64,000 nt of DNA from Nitrospiraceae bacterium (GCA_003599505.1 QZKO01000045.1:2535-66534), one strand, 5' to 3'; counted from the first letter of the stretch, positions 50,201-59,603 are shown. The notes: generated from the letters alone by a model not told the origin. Program-made: numbers and translations.

Positions 50201-50457
50201 AAATAAGTGAGAACATTCCACCAGGGGATTGAATAAAACCCTTCTTGATCAGAGGGCTTAGGACCAGGTGCATTTTCAGCGGAAAAATAATTTTCTTTTT
50301 TGAGAATATGAAACCATTCAATATTGGTAACATTCTTAAAAAAATAATTATTATATGAATCTTCTTTTATAAGATCCACGACTTGCTGACTTAAATTGCC
50401 AGTGCCAATAGCATCATCAATGATTTTAACTTGCTTATAATATTCAGACTTAGTCAT
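47272..50457 (-). CDS. Large (1061 aa) predicted all-helical protein of unknown function, translationally coupled partner of the SIR2-like protein
   Basis: Long uninterrupted ORF with K/E/Y/N-rich composition, AT-rich DNA and no recognisable catalytic motif by eye. Its start overlaps the SIR2 gene stop by 8 nt. Confidence 0.6.
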   Translation of the reverse strand: MTKSEYYKQVKIIDDAIGTGNLSQQVVDLIKEDSYNNYFFKNVTNIEWFHILKKENYFSAENAPGPKPSDQEGFYSIPWWNVLTYLEKVSEQVNKQGNKKYIDELLQIINAVSNYKNSDSQHIDNYYTWRSFVSILLNIPREEIPIYIIELIPVWLSSRFDASFVGSEIGLKLLPKFLSGNPSHKDITKAERIVDYITNIKSVKLSEERARIYNKEEEYKLVIDSYWVKTIFEKLSGDIGEKCTNGAIYPLCDKIHTLLKKDESLIPFEAGDKAYLLALTSIDAKYSVKLFDMGYKTESDVYEYVFRKKKLGGTPLKKITMDETTLDNFSSNVFDELTKDVLLKSIDIKELKRNIYRLYRNFHDEETHASFYDESRNHLTDPLEVLTFVLKSILMARAWKHAAETKKILQDFFRDKYFYFPKMALYIIGNNVNKYSEVFWDALEKDSDNLVFGEIDFGDELKHVLENLLELSSNQKELIFRKLNDGPGFVPAKDAERHIAEWKQQRCQALVRFPEFKKLYESFKSQTGWDVGLHAAMGEIKIRSGWGTSPLTKEDILHMLTTNKLPSYLKEFKSSTGLWEEGPTVGGLAKLIKECAAEQPNKFIDNLSPFINTGFIYIYEILDGAKEAWSKKLDIAWGKLFEFLHLYIDRNEFWKDEFIVEKEDFLGGANHFWIIGVITDFIREGTRDDSWAFDEKYLKKAEQILFLIFDNLKAEEEEEKSDYVTHALNSSHGKTLSAFINLALRIARTNDRAGVEAEIKWSSKIKGKYDELLEKKIIESYTFLGRYLPNLFYLDKAWAEERIKGLYPVTVDKYWVAFMDGYLSIGKVYDDLYNLMIPHYKLGITYEFKNKHDIEHLVQHIALGYLLGNEDISNPESLFRNVLDAWNREQILNVVSFFWSNQKQIEDGKEESRKIVDKIIYCWKWIYDNKYKTKPKEDISSDDKKILSALGKLAIYLPYIHEEYSQWLMLAAPFANEDYHSSFIIEYLDKFDDPASIAYIGKILLKMLEHFITDFRQEHIRSIVEKLYINGHKEDADNLCNIYGMKGYEFLRDLYKKYNKM

Positions 50458-51316
50458 TTGTTGTCCTCATGTCATCTTCTACTCCGAGCTTTACGGTTTT
50501 AAAATATTTTGTTATCCAATCTTCTAATACGATAGGGAATGTATTACGCTTACCATATATTATTGATTCAATTCCGTTTAGTTCTTTGAATACTGTCAAG
50601 GTTGATGAATTAAACAGATTAGACATATCTTCTTCCGGCAATAATAAAAAATGATATTTATTATTATCATTTGTCTCTTGCATTATATCCAATATCTCCC
50701 GATCCCTTAAACCGTAACCAATAAATATGACACAATATTTTTTAAACAAGCTTTTTAAAAATCTCCGAAATGATGCTTCACGATATCTGGGTATATATTG
50801 TTCTCTCGTCAGCAAACTCTTTTCAAGATCATATTCGGATCCATGTATATGAAAAATACCTGAACTATTTAAGTTTGTCTCAATAAAATGTTCTGTTTTG
50901 TAGTATATTTCACTTAAATTAAATTCCTTTGTATTTTCTAAGCAGTTATCTATATTAGTGGTAATTATTTGAGGAAAGGGAGTAATCAGTTTCAATAGTT
51001 TTATAACAGGAAAATATTTTTCTGGATATAATTTTACATCGGGAACTAAAGCTTCTCGGACTATCCCCCAATATGTGTTTTCATTACCATTTCTTTTAAA
51101 TATATTGAAGCAATAATTTAGAATTTTTTCATTTTCCATGTCACCAATTAGTTCTTCTTTCTTAATTCCGCTTTCTTGTATTTCAATGTGATCAAGCATT
51201 TTTTTTGCAACAGAGTCCCAATCATAACAACCGGCTATCTTAGAAAGACCTGCACCTATAAATAGCGCACATTTATTATGTTTAATATATGGTAATACAG
51301 CATTCAATCTTTCCAT
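50450..51316 (-). CDS. SIR2_2-family (defence-type sirtuin-like, predicted NADase) protein
   Basis: 'CALFIGAGLS' (NAD-binding Gly-rich), 'IITTNIDNCLE' (TTNYD-like), 'IFHIHGS' and 'VIFIGYGLRD' match the SIR2_2 signature of ThsA/DSR-type defence proteins. Confidence 0.7.
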   Translation of the reverse strand: MERLNAVLPYIKHNKCALFIGAGLSKIAGCYDWDSVAKKMLDHIEIQESGIKKEELIGDMENEKILNYCFNIFKRNGNENTYWGIVREALVPDVKLYPEKYFPVIKLLKLITPFPQIITTNIDNCLENTKEFNLSEIYYKTEHFIETNLNSSGIFHIHGSEYDLEKSLLTREQYIPRYREASFRRFLKSLFKKYCVIFIGYGLRDREILDIMQETNDNNKYHFLLLPEEDMSNLFNSSTLTVFKELNGIESIIYGKRNTFPIVLEDWITKYFKTVKLGVEDDMRTTND

Positions 51317-51550
51317 TTTATTCTATTATCTCATCGCCTTCTGCAAAACCACTTACATAAGCATTTTGCTATCTTTTCGGGACGGACATTCAATTCATCC
51401 CGCAGCACTTCTTGTATTTCTTCCCACTGCCGCAGGGACAGGAATCGTTGCGGCTGGTTCTTCCGCTTAATTCTAATCCAACTCCCATCAAACGGCAAGA
51501 AAATAGTGGAGGGTGTCAAACGTTCGTAAGTGGGGACGTTTTGAAATAAT

Positions 51551-52864
51551 TTACTTCGGCGGAGGCGGAGGGTCAATGAGTGGATAAGCGGGTTTTACCC
51601 TGAAAGGGTTATAAAGTGGATCGCCGACCAGGATCATCTGCCATGAGAGGAAAGGGTTTGTCATGGCAAATACTTCCGCCAGCGAGTAATGCCCGCTCAT
51701 GAGAAGCTGGAAGAAGATGGAGGGAGGCGGAAAAGCGGTAAGATAAGGCTCGGTCACAGGGCCTATGCTTGCAATTACTCCCCTGTCCAGCATACTCTTT
51801 ACCCAGTAATTACGCTTAGGATCATGAAGAGACACGGCTTCTGAGCTTGCAACATGATAACCTACGGCGCCTTTTGCCCACTCAAACGCGTCCCTGTATT
51901 CCCCAAGACTGTACCATCCGCAATAAAGCGCTGCCTCCGGTGCTTCGCCGGGGCCAAACAGCTCAGGCTTATTGTCCAGTACTATGGGCATCAACCCCTT
52001 TTCAAGAATACGCGCGGCCCTTTTTATATCTTCATCGAATTTGGCATATTCGCTTGCCCCGCTCAGTCCCCTGGCATCGAGATAAAGCTTCCCCGCAAGG
52101 CCGGTTTTTTCTACCTCGACCGCTGTTCTCATTATCTTTTCAACCACTTCAGGGGCAGACGCGTCAAGCCTGCTGACCATAAGCGCCTGAGGAGAGTTAT
52201 TCAAACGTCCCCTGATAAAATAAAATTCAGGATTAGGCTGCCATCCCGCAAGCTCATAAGAAGGCGAAAGCAGCAAAGCAAGCTCCGAATCTACAGCCGC
52301 AACCGTGTCCTTGCCTGTCAGATGAGCAAGCTCGAACTGAAGCTTGCCAATTTCTGATTTCAGGGCGTTAAGTTTCTTATGGACCTCTTTGCTGTTTTTA
52401 TTTTCCTTCAGCAGCGTTTCCAGCTCCACTTTCTCTTTATTTTTCTCTCCTATCGTCTCTTCCAATTTTTTAATCGTTTCCTGCGAGGCATCAGGAGGCA
52501 GGGTCTTTGAAATGCGAAGGGGGACGCCGTACACGGTGACGATGCAGCGGATTCTCACACCTTTTTCCTGAAGGCTGTTTATGGTTTTCCGGAGCGGGGC
52601 CGCTATCAGTTCATCATACTGCTTTCGGGTAATCCCTTCCTGGAAAGGGGCCTTGACCCCGGCAATATGCGAAAAAGGTATTTTGCGGAGCTCGCTGTAT
52701 AAACTGCCCAGGCGGACCGAATCGGAAGACTCCGGATTTACGACAATGAGGACCTCTTCCGGCCTGAGAACAGCCTCTGAAGATGCAGGCATAAATATGG
52801 GCCCTGACAGGAGCAAAACAACAAATAAACTGCCCTGCAGCATAGGTGTGAGATAGTTTTTCAT
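51551..52864 (-). CDS. Secreted protein of unknown function (TIGR03790-like), Pro-rich C-terminus
   Basis: Signal peptide 'LFVVLLLSGPIFMPASSEA', no catalytic motifs recognised, ends '...IDPPPPPK'. Confidence 0.5.
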   Translation of the reverse strand: MKNYLTPMLQGSLFVVLLLSGPIFMPASSEAVLRPEEVLIVVNPESSDSVRLGSLYSELRKIPFSHIAGVKAPFQEGITRKQYDELIAAPLRKTINSLQEKGVRIRCIVTVYGVPLRISKTLPPDASQETIKKLEETIGEKNKEKVELETLLKENKNSKEVHKKLNALKSEIGKLQFELAHLTGKDTVAAVDSELALLLSPSYELAGWQPNPEFYFIRGRLNNSPQALMVSRLDASAPEVVEKIMRTAVEVEKTGLAGKLYLDARGLSGASEYAKFDEDIKRAARILEKGLMPIVLDNKPELFGPGEAPEAALYCGWYSLGEYRDAFEWAKGAVGYHVASSEAVSLHDPKRNYWVKSMLDRGVIASIGPVTEPYLTAFPPPSIFFQLLMSGHYSLAEVFAMTNPFLSWQMILVGDPLYNPFRVKPAYPLIDPPPPPK

Positions 52865-52921
52865 ATCATATTTTTCATCTTACTGCAAGAGGCTTTCAGT
52901 CGCGCGGAAAGAAACGCCGTC

Positions 52922-55675
52922 TTATACTTCCAGATATTCTTTTAAAAACCTCCCGGTATGCGATTTCTCTGTTCTTGCGATGTCCTCCGGGGTCCCTTCT
53001 GCCACAATATATCCTCCTTCATCACCGCCCTCGGGGCCGATGTCTATAATCCAGTCTGCGCATTTTATGACATCGAGGTTGTGCTCGACCAGGAGGACCG
53101 TGTTTCCCGCGTCCACAAGCTCGTTAAGGACTCTGAGGAGTTTTTTGATATCATCCGGATGGAGGCCCACGGTGGGCTCATCGAGTATATAGAGATGCTC
53201 TCTTCTGTTGAGGACGCCGAGCTCCTCGCATATCTTCAGGCGCTGGGCCTCACCCCCTGAAAGAGTGGTCGCGGGCTGACCCAGCCTCAGATAGCCGAGG
53301 CCCACTGAAGACATTAACCTCAATTTATTGATAAGCGCCGGCACGGCCCTGAAGAAATCTACGGCCTCGTCCACGGTAAGCTCAAGGACCTCGTAAATGT
53401 TTTTCCCGTTGTACATGACTGAGAGTATCTCCGGCTTATATCTCCTGCCGCCGCATTCTTCACAGGTTACATAGAGATCTTCAAAAAAGTACATCTCCAG
53501 TTTACGGAAACCGGCCCCCTGACAGGCTTCACAGCGGCCGCCTTCCGTATTGAAGGAAAAATGCCCGGGCGCATATCCAAAGATTCTGGACTGGGGCTGT
53601 TCCGCAAAGATTTTTCTGATGTGGTCAAACGCCTTAATATACGTCACCGGATTGGACCTCGGGCTTTTGCCGATGGGGCGCTGGTCTATGATTCTGACTC
53701 CCTTGAGATATTCAAGTCCTTTTATGGATTCGAAGGACCTGGAAGGCTCGAACTCTATTTTAAAAGACAGGGCAAGTGCCCTGTAAATAGTGTCCGTTAC
53801 GATTGTGCTCTTCCCTGAGCCGGAGACGCCGGTCACGCACGTCAGCGTCTGAAGGGGGATGGTTATATCGATATGCTTCAGATTATTGCCGTGCGCGTCT
53901 TTGACGACAAGCATTTTCCCGCTGCCCTTTTTTCTGAGTGAAGGAACGGGTATCTGCCTGATATTTTTCAGATACTCTGCCGTAAGGATATCGGTTTTCA
54001 GAAAATCTTTCTTCCAGCCCGAAAAAAGGACCTGGCCCCCGTTTCTTCCCCCGCCGGGACCCAGTTCCACGATCCAGTCGGACAAGTCGATAACGGCCCT
54101 GTCATGCTCCACAACAATTACCGTATTCCCCGCATCAGCAAGTTCTTTCAGAATTACGGCTATCCTGCCGACATCTCTCGGATGAAGCCCTACTGTAGGC
54201 TCATCGAGCACATAAAGGGTCCCTGTAAGTTTTGACGCAAGCTGGTTGGCAAGGTTTATCCTCTGTGTTTCACCGCCGGAAAGCGTCCTTGACTCCCTGT
54301 TCAGTGTAAGATAGCCGATTCCCACACGCATCAGGAAATCCAGTTTGAGATTGATCTGCCTGAGTATCTCCGATGATAACCCGCGTTCGTATTCCGTCAG
54401 GGCAAGCTTCAGGAAATATCCTTTCATCTGCGCGATTGACATGTCCGTCAGTTGAGCGACATCCAGCCCCCCGATCGTAAACGCGAGCGCCTCGGGGCGC
54501 AGCCTCTTTCCCAGGCAATGTCCGCACGTCACAGCCTTTCTGTACCTGCTTAAGAACACCCGGACATGCAGTTTATAACGCCTTCCTTCAAGGTATTCAA
54601 AAAACCCTTTCAGCCCGTAAAAGTCTGAGTTGCCCATGCGTATCAGCTCCTTAGCCTTGTCCGGGAGGTCTTTGTAAGGGACGTTCAGCCTGATGCCGTG
54701 TGCCTTTGCAGCCCTGGCAAACTGCCTGTACCACCATTTATACGCCGGCTTGCTCCACGGCTCTATGGCGCCTTGTTCAAGAGTAAGGTCTTTGTCCGGG
54801 ACAATACAGTCCCCGGAATATTCGAGAATGTTGCCGAATCCCTTGCATTCAGGACACGCGCCTAACGGGTGGTTGAAGGAAAAAAGGAGGGGCTGCGGCT
54901 TCATGATTTCAAGATTGCAATTATGGCATTCCAGCCCGGAGCTGAAATAAAGGATTTCGTTCTTCGCCGGCGCCTCGCGGACAATCTCCACCTTTACTCT
55001 CCCGTTGCCGTGTTCCCACGCGGTTTCGAGGGAATCGGCAAGACGGGGCCCATCCTTTATCACAAGCCTGTCCAGAAGCACGCTCACAGGGGAGGATTGC
55101 GACGGTCCCCTGTCGCGCTCTGTGATAAGCGACGAAATATCCCTTGCTTCACCTTCTGTCCATATCCGGTGAAATCCTTTATGCATAAGTTCCCGCGGCG
55201 GTTCTTCCGTATCAAAAAGTATCATCGCTTTCTGATCAATATATTTTTCTATAAGCTCTTTTGCCGCGGAAGACGGCGACCATGCCCTTAAGGAGCGGCC
55301 GCATTGCGGACAGTGCGGCCGGGCTATCTTCGCGTAAAGGAGCCTGAGGTAATCATATATTTCCGTAGAGGTGCCGACCGTCGAACGGGATGTTTTGACC
55401 GGGTTCCTCTGTTCAAGCGCTATCGCGGGCCTTATATTCCTGATGGATTCAACATCCGGGCGGTCGAGTTTTTCAAGGAAGAGCCTCGCGTATGTTGAAA
55501 GAGATTCTATAAACCTCCACTGACCTTCGGCAAAGATAGTATCAAAAGCCAGTGAGGACTTCCCCGAACCGGACACCCCGGTAATACAGATTAACAGGTT
55601 ATGAGGCAGACGGAGGCTTATATTCCTGAGATTATTCTGCTTTACACCTTCGATTATGAGTTCGCTTCCGGACAT
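52922..55675 (-). CDS. uvrA: Excinuclease ABC subunit A
   Basis: Two ABC ATPase modules ('GVSGSGKSSLAFDT', 'GVSGSGKSTIV') with intervening Zn-finger Cys clusters ('CPQCG', 'CEACQGAG', 'CEECGG'). Confidence 0.9.
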   Translation of the reverse strand: MSGSELIIEGVKQNNLRNISLRLPHNLLICITGVSGSGKSSLAFDTIFAEGQWRFIESLSTYARLFLEKLDRPDVESIRNIRPAIALEQRNPVKTSRSTVGTSTEIYDYLRLLYAKIARPHCPQCGRSLRAWSPSSAAKELIEKYIDQKAMILFDTEEPPRELMHKGFHRIWTEGEARDISSLITERDRGPSQSSPVSVLLDRLVIKDGPRLADSLETAWEHGNGRVKVEIVREAPAKNEILYFSSGLECHNCNLEIMKPQPLLFSFNHPLGACPECKGFGNILEYSGDCIVPDKDLTLEQGAIEPWSKPAYKWWYRQFARAAKAHGIRLNVPYKDLPDKAKELIRMGNSDFYGLKGFFEYLEGRRYKLHVRVFLSRYRKAVTCGHCLGKRLRPEALAFTIGGLDVAQLTDMSIAQMKGYFLKLALTEYERGLSSEILRQINLKLDFLMRVGIGYLTLNRESRTLSGGETQRINLANQLASKLTGTLYVLDEPTVGLHPRDVGRIAVILKELADAGNTVIVVEHDRAVIDLSDWIVELGPGGGRNGGQVLFSGWKKDFLKTDILTAEYLKNIRQIPVPSLRKKGSGKMLVVKDAHGNNLKHIDITIPLQTLTCVTGVSGSGKSTIVTDTIYRALALSFKIEFEPSRSFESIKGLEYLKGVRIIDQRPIGKSPRSNPVTYIKAFDHIRKIFAEQPQSRIFGYAPGHFSFNTEGGRCEACQGAGFRKLEMYFFEDLYVTCEECGGRRYKPEILSVMYNGKNIYEVLELTVDEAVDFFRAVPALINKLRLMSSVGLGYLRLGQPATTLSGGEAQRLKICEELGVLNRREHLYILDEPTVGLHPDDIKKLLRVLNELVDAGNTVLLVEHNLDVIKCADWIIDIGPEGGDEGGYIVAEGTPEDIARTEKSHTGRFLKEYLEV

Positions 55676-55841
55676 CCTGATATTTTAACAGGATATTCAG
55701 GGGTTTGGAATATACTGCGGTAAAATGTTTTTCTCCGGGCTGTCAGGGACGCTCACGGGAAGCCCCGGATAAAAAAAACAATAATTTTTTTAAATCAGGT
55801 ATGATTTTATATAAACAACTTCAAAAAGGAGGTCTTGCGGG

Positions 55842-56597
55842 ATGCTCAACTCCCTTGTGCTAACCAGGAAATTAATTCAGACAAAATATCCCTCTTTTGA
55901 ATACACGGTCTTTGATAGTTCACCGGTCACCCCCATGGCCAGGCCTTTAAACGAATGCAAACTGGCGCTGCTGACCACCGGCGGACTCCACCTGAAAACA
56001 GATATGCCGTTCGACACAAAATTTCTTGAAGGAGATTGTTCTTACAGGCTGCTCCCCGGGGACGTCAGGCACGAAGATATCATGGTAACCCATGAATCAT
56101 ACGACCACAAGTTCATCAATGAAGACCTGAACTGCGTATTCCCTATCGACAGGATGAAGGAATATGTGGAGGAGGGAAAGCTCAAATCCCTCTCCGGAGA
56201 ACATTACAGTTTCATGGGCCATATTTATGTCACCGGCCCCCTTCTTGAGAACGCGGCGAAGGTCGGACGCCGGCTGAAAGAACTCGGCGTGGATATCGCT
56301 TTCCTGACGCCTACCTGAGTCATCTGCAACCAGTCGGTCGGACTGGTGGCGAGAAAAATCGAAGAAGCCGGCATAAGCACGGTATGTACTACATTCAGGC
56401 GGGACCTGATCGGGCTTGCGAGGCCTCCAAGGGTCTTGTCCATGAAATTTTCGCCGGGGAAGCCGCTGGGGAATCCCGGGGATGTCGCAACCCAGAGAAA
56501 AATTATCGAAGCCGGTTTCGATCTTTTGCAAAAAAGCATTACCGATATGACAATTATTGATCTCCCTTTCAGGTTAAAGAAATTCGGGATATTCTGA
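55842..56597 (+). CDS. Selenoprotein, glycine/betaine/sarcosine/D-proline reductase selenoprotein B (GrdB/PrdB) family, with in-frame UGA (Sec) at 56316-56318
   Basis: ORFs 55842..56318 and 56346..56597 are in the same frame, separated only by a TGA. Read-through gives '...FLTPT-U-VICNQ...' (UxxC). A SECIS-like hairpin starts 10 nt downstream of the TGA. selA and tRNA-Sec are in the same window. The total of about 251 aa matches PrdB-size family members. Confidence 0.6.
56329..56347 (+). ncRNA. Bacterial SECIS-like hairpin (7-bp stem ACCAGUC/GACUGGU, loop GGUCG) downstream of the in-frame UGA
   Basis: Read directly from the sequence. Spacing and the G/U-containing apical loop resemble the E. 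coli fdhF-type SECIS. Confidence 0.5.
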
Positions 56598-56634
56598 TTG
56601 CAGCCGTATGAAAAAGACAAGCGCGGGCCCCGGT

Positions 56635-57516
56635 CTAAAAAATAAAACTCACAGGGTCCTTATAGTCATGGCATTTCACGCATAACGTTTTCGCCTGTTC
56701 CCGTCCGACCTTCCATGAATGCGCCTTATGACAATCCAGACATGAGATGTCCCTGTGTCTGTCATGTCTTCCTATGGAATGCTGATTTGTATGGCAGTTG
56801 ATCATGCAGTCGTTCGCCTGAGGTTTAATCCTGCTGTGCGGCTTATGGCATTTCCGGCAATCTAAACCGCTCATGGGGCCTTTTTGAGGAATTTCCTTGT
56901 GACAGTTCAGGCATTTCTGTTTTGTCGGCATCGCCGTCACTTCTCCATACGCGTGGCAGCTCAGGCACGCAAAGCTCTCCATCCCCATCCCGTGCACCCC
57001 CTTGTCTTCATGACACGTCAGACAGTTCCTTTCATCAGGGGGGAAATTATGCATTTCGGCCTCGTGGCATTTATTGCATTCTATCTTTTCCATAAATACA
57101 TGTCTTGCATGCCCGTAGGATTTCCTCATGGTAACGCCGCCCTGTCTTACTGATTCCATATGGCAGGTCTTGCAGCTTTCCCATGGTGTTACCCTGCCGT
57201 GCTCCTGTGCGACGGCGCTTTTGTTGCCGGAAAAGATATATGAAAAAAGCAGCCTGTTCTGGCCCAGAAGGCTCATTGAGTGACAAGTCTGGCACTTTGC
57301 ATTTCTGTGAGAGCTGTTTTCCCATGACTTGTATGACTCTTTCATAAGATGGCAGAGCTCGCAGAATTGCGGATCGTTCTTTGTAAAACTGTAATACCTG
57401 CTCCCTGTAAAAATCGCGAGCGTCACCGCGGCGAGTATCAGAACAATAATTAAAGGTCTGTCCGTTGCGAGGTGCCTGACGATAAATTCGATTAAAGATT
57501 TAAATTTCTTTTCCAT
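56635..57516 (-). CDS. Multiheme cytochrome c (about 11 CxxCH/CxxxCH sites), N-terminal membrane anchor
   Basis: Haem-binding motifs CELCH, CQTCH, CKTCH, CNKCH, CLTCH, CLSCH, CLNCH, CRKCH, CMINCH, CLDCH and CVKCH. N-terminal TM 'LIIVLILAAVTLAIF'. Confidence 0.85.
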   Translation of the reverse strand: MEKKFKSLIEFIVRHLATDRPLIIVLILAAVTLAIFTGSRYYSFTKNDPQFCELCHLMKESYKSWENSSHRNAKCQTCHSMSLLGQNRLLFSYIFSGNKSAVAQEHGRVTPWESCKTCHMESVRQGGVTMRKSYGHARHVFMEKIECNKCHEAEMHNFPPDERNCLTCHEDKGVHGMGMESFACLSCHAYGEVTAMPTKQKCLNCHKEIPQKGPMSGLDCRKCHKPHSRIKPQANDCMINCHTNQHSIGRHDRHRDISCLDCHKAHSWKVGREQAKTLCVKCHDYKDPVSFIF

Positions 57517-57538
57517 ATGCCGGATTTCTTTTATATAG

Positions 57539-57916
57539 TCAGAATGTCAAACCTTCTCTTTCCATAAGCATCTCTCCAAGGAATGAGCCCGGTTTGACCT
57601 CGGAGTTCGGGATAAGCTCTGCCTTATCGAGTCCATAATGTTTAACGCATGACGCGCAGATATAAAACTTGACGCCGAAGTCTTCAATGAGGGTCTTTAT
57701 GAGGTCTGCGAGCGGTGAGAATTCATCTTTCGTCTGCCAGGTCAGCGTCTCTGCAAACCCTTTTTTTGCGAGTAACGCCCCCTTGTCCATCAGGAAGAAG
57801 TCCAGGGTCGCGTCAAAGACTTTCATATTCGTTGCCAGTTGCAAGGCCCCGGCGATTTTATCAGGGTTGTCGTACGAGTGCGTAATGATGAAAACAAATT
57901 TCTTCTTCTCGGTCAT
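57539..57916 (-). CDS. DsrE/DsrF-like family protein
   Basis: 'KFVFIITHSYDNPDKIAGALQLA...FYICASC' resembles DsrE/DsrF-like sulfur-relay/peroxiredoxin-like fold proteins. Confidence 0.55.
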   Translation of the reverse strand: MTEKKKFVFIITHSYDNPDKIAGALQLATNMKVFDATLDFFLMDKGALLAKKGFAETLTWQTKDEFSPLADLIKTLIEDFGVKFYICASCVKHYGLDKAELIPNSEVKPGSFLGEMLMEREGLTF

Positions 57917-58085
57917 GGAAGGCTCCTTATTTATCGTCTTCTTTCTGTCAGCAGAAGGACGACGCCGGCTGCGATCGCGCCTGCGCCGGCCCAGGCCGGA
58001 ATTTTTACAGTCTCTTTCTCAATGAATCTTCTTTCCTCTATCAGGGTGCTGAATTGCCATTGCGCGTAGCTTTAGCGAAGTGCAA

Positions 58086-58183
58086 TGGCGGGAGCGTGTG
58101 GGAATCGAACCCACCATGCTCACTTGTGGCAAGCAACACCGGATTTGAAGTCCGGGAGGGACACCAGAACCCTATACACTCCC
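58086..58183 (-). tRNA. selC: tRNA-Sec (anticodon UCA)
   Basis: Minus-strand sequence GGGAGTGT...CCCGGACTTCAAATCCGG...GTGGGTTCGATTCCCACACGCTCCCGCCA. It has an 8-bp acceptor stem, anticodon loop CU-UCA-AA, a long variable arm, T-loop TTCGATT and encoded CCA. Length is about 98 nt. Confidence 0.75.
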
Positions 58184-58787
58184 ATTATTGGTTTTTAAGG
58201 ATAATACCCTGGGATAACTGCTCCCGGAAACTATTGTAGCAAAATCGCGGTAATTGTCCAATAGCCGGTCTTTGTGTAAAATGTAGGCGACCCTCTTGCC
58301 TCCTCCCTGCCGGGAGAGGGCAAGACCATAGCAGCTTTAATACAAAAAGAACTTTCGATGTTGAAGGGAGCGATTGTCGTTGCTAAACTGGAGACCGCTG
58401 TCAATGAGATAAGAGACAGGACCGGTAAGTCGGTAGATGTTTCAAAGAAAAATATAGATAAGAAACTTTACCAGGCGATTCAGGGATGGGATTCTCTGGA
58501 ACGAAAAGATGTCGAGCAACTGTTTGCTGATGATATTCTTGTGCTGACGGATTCGGAGGAGATAAGGGTGATCAAAGAATTGCGGAAGAAAAAAGGAGCA
58601 ATATAACATTTGTGAATTTCAGGTCAAAAACAGTGATTTCCATTTGATCGAAGTAATGTTCTTTATGAGATAAAGATAGAGAGTAAATATGGAGTGAGCC
58701 TTAACTTCGCGCCGATCTCAGGAAAGAAATGTTTAGGCTCAGCAATCTTGATTGAAAAAAGACAACCATTCCGGCTAAACTTGCATT

Positions 58788-59603
58788 GTGAATTCACAAT
58801 CAACTAACGATCAGGAATATCTAACAGTTGTCTTGAATGCCATACGTGTTTGCGCTGATTACCGGCCTAAACTGGGGCACAGCGCAAAGGATGGATACAC
58901 CCTTCAGCAATTTCAGGAGATGTACAGAAATGACCCATTTTATAGTTGGGTGGGTCTCGACAATCCGCTGATGTACGCCGCACATAAAGCAGCCGGCGGT
59001 ATGACAAGCATCTATCGCCAGATTGGAATCGGGTGCGAGAATTTGTTTCGCAAGGTTCTGCAGGATTCGCTGAATCTTACCGAAGATGATGTCAAATGGT
59101 CATACACCGTTAAGAAAGGCCGTGGGAAAACCCGTACCCTTTCTTTAGATGCGCGAATTCAGACCGATATCGTACCTGATCCGAAAGCAAAGACTCGAAT
59201 ACAGTCATGGATAGCCCAAAGCGCTAAGTCGCTGGATGTCAATGACCGTATTGCCTCATCACTCCAGGGAATCGTCTTTGAAGTGCGGCAAGGTTATAAG
59301 AGCAAGGATTCAAAGCGGCAAAACGCTGATATTGCCAATGCTGCTACCGCCTATACAAAAGGTTATCTTCCCTGTGTTGCCATCTTGTCCTTGCAGATCG
59401 ATGAAGCCATTGCCTTACGATATCGTAACGAAAAGTGGATGCTCCTTACCGGGAGCGTTGCGGGGGAATCTCCACTAACGTCAATTTATTCCTTTATGAG
59501 TGAAGTCATCGGCTACGATCTCGCCGCATTCTTCCAACGGCATTCTGATATTCTCAAGGCCGAAGTCAATAACGTGCTTACTAAACTACTTTCAACAAAA
59601 TGA
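58788..59603 (+). CDS. Putative Type II restriction endonuclease (partner of the downstream MTase)
   Basis: 271-aa protein with no clear family motif. Its stop overlaps the MTase start by 4 nt. Assigned by context only. Confidence 0.4.
   Translation: MNSQSTNDQEYLTVVLNAIRVCADYRPKLGHSAKDGYTLQQFQEMYRNDPFYSWVGLDNPLMYAAHKAAGGMTSIYRQIGIGCENLFRKVLQDSLNLTEDDVKWSYTVKKGRGKTRTLSLDARIQTDIVPDPKAKTRIQSWIAQSAKSLDVNDRIASSLQGIVFEVRQGYKSKDSKRQNADIANAATAYTKGYLPCVAILSLQIDEAIALRYRNEKWMLLTGSVAGESPLTSIYSFMSEVIGYDLAAFFQRHSDILKAEVNNVLTKLLSTK

Noticed and set aside
51331-51576. 81-aa ORF between the SIR2 gene and the TIGR03790-like gene
   Set aside because: No recognisable motif. Overlaps the 3' end of the upstream gene. 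It likely marks the island boundary region rather than a gene.
58358-58606. 82-aa ORF just after tRNA-Sec
   Set aside because: No family signal and no convincing RBS. It could be real but is unsupported.
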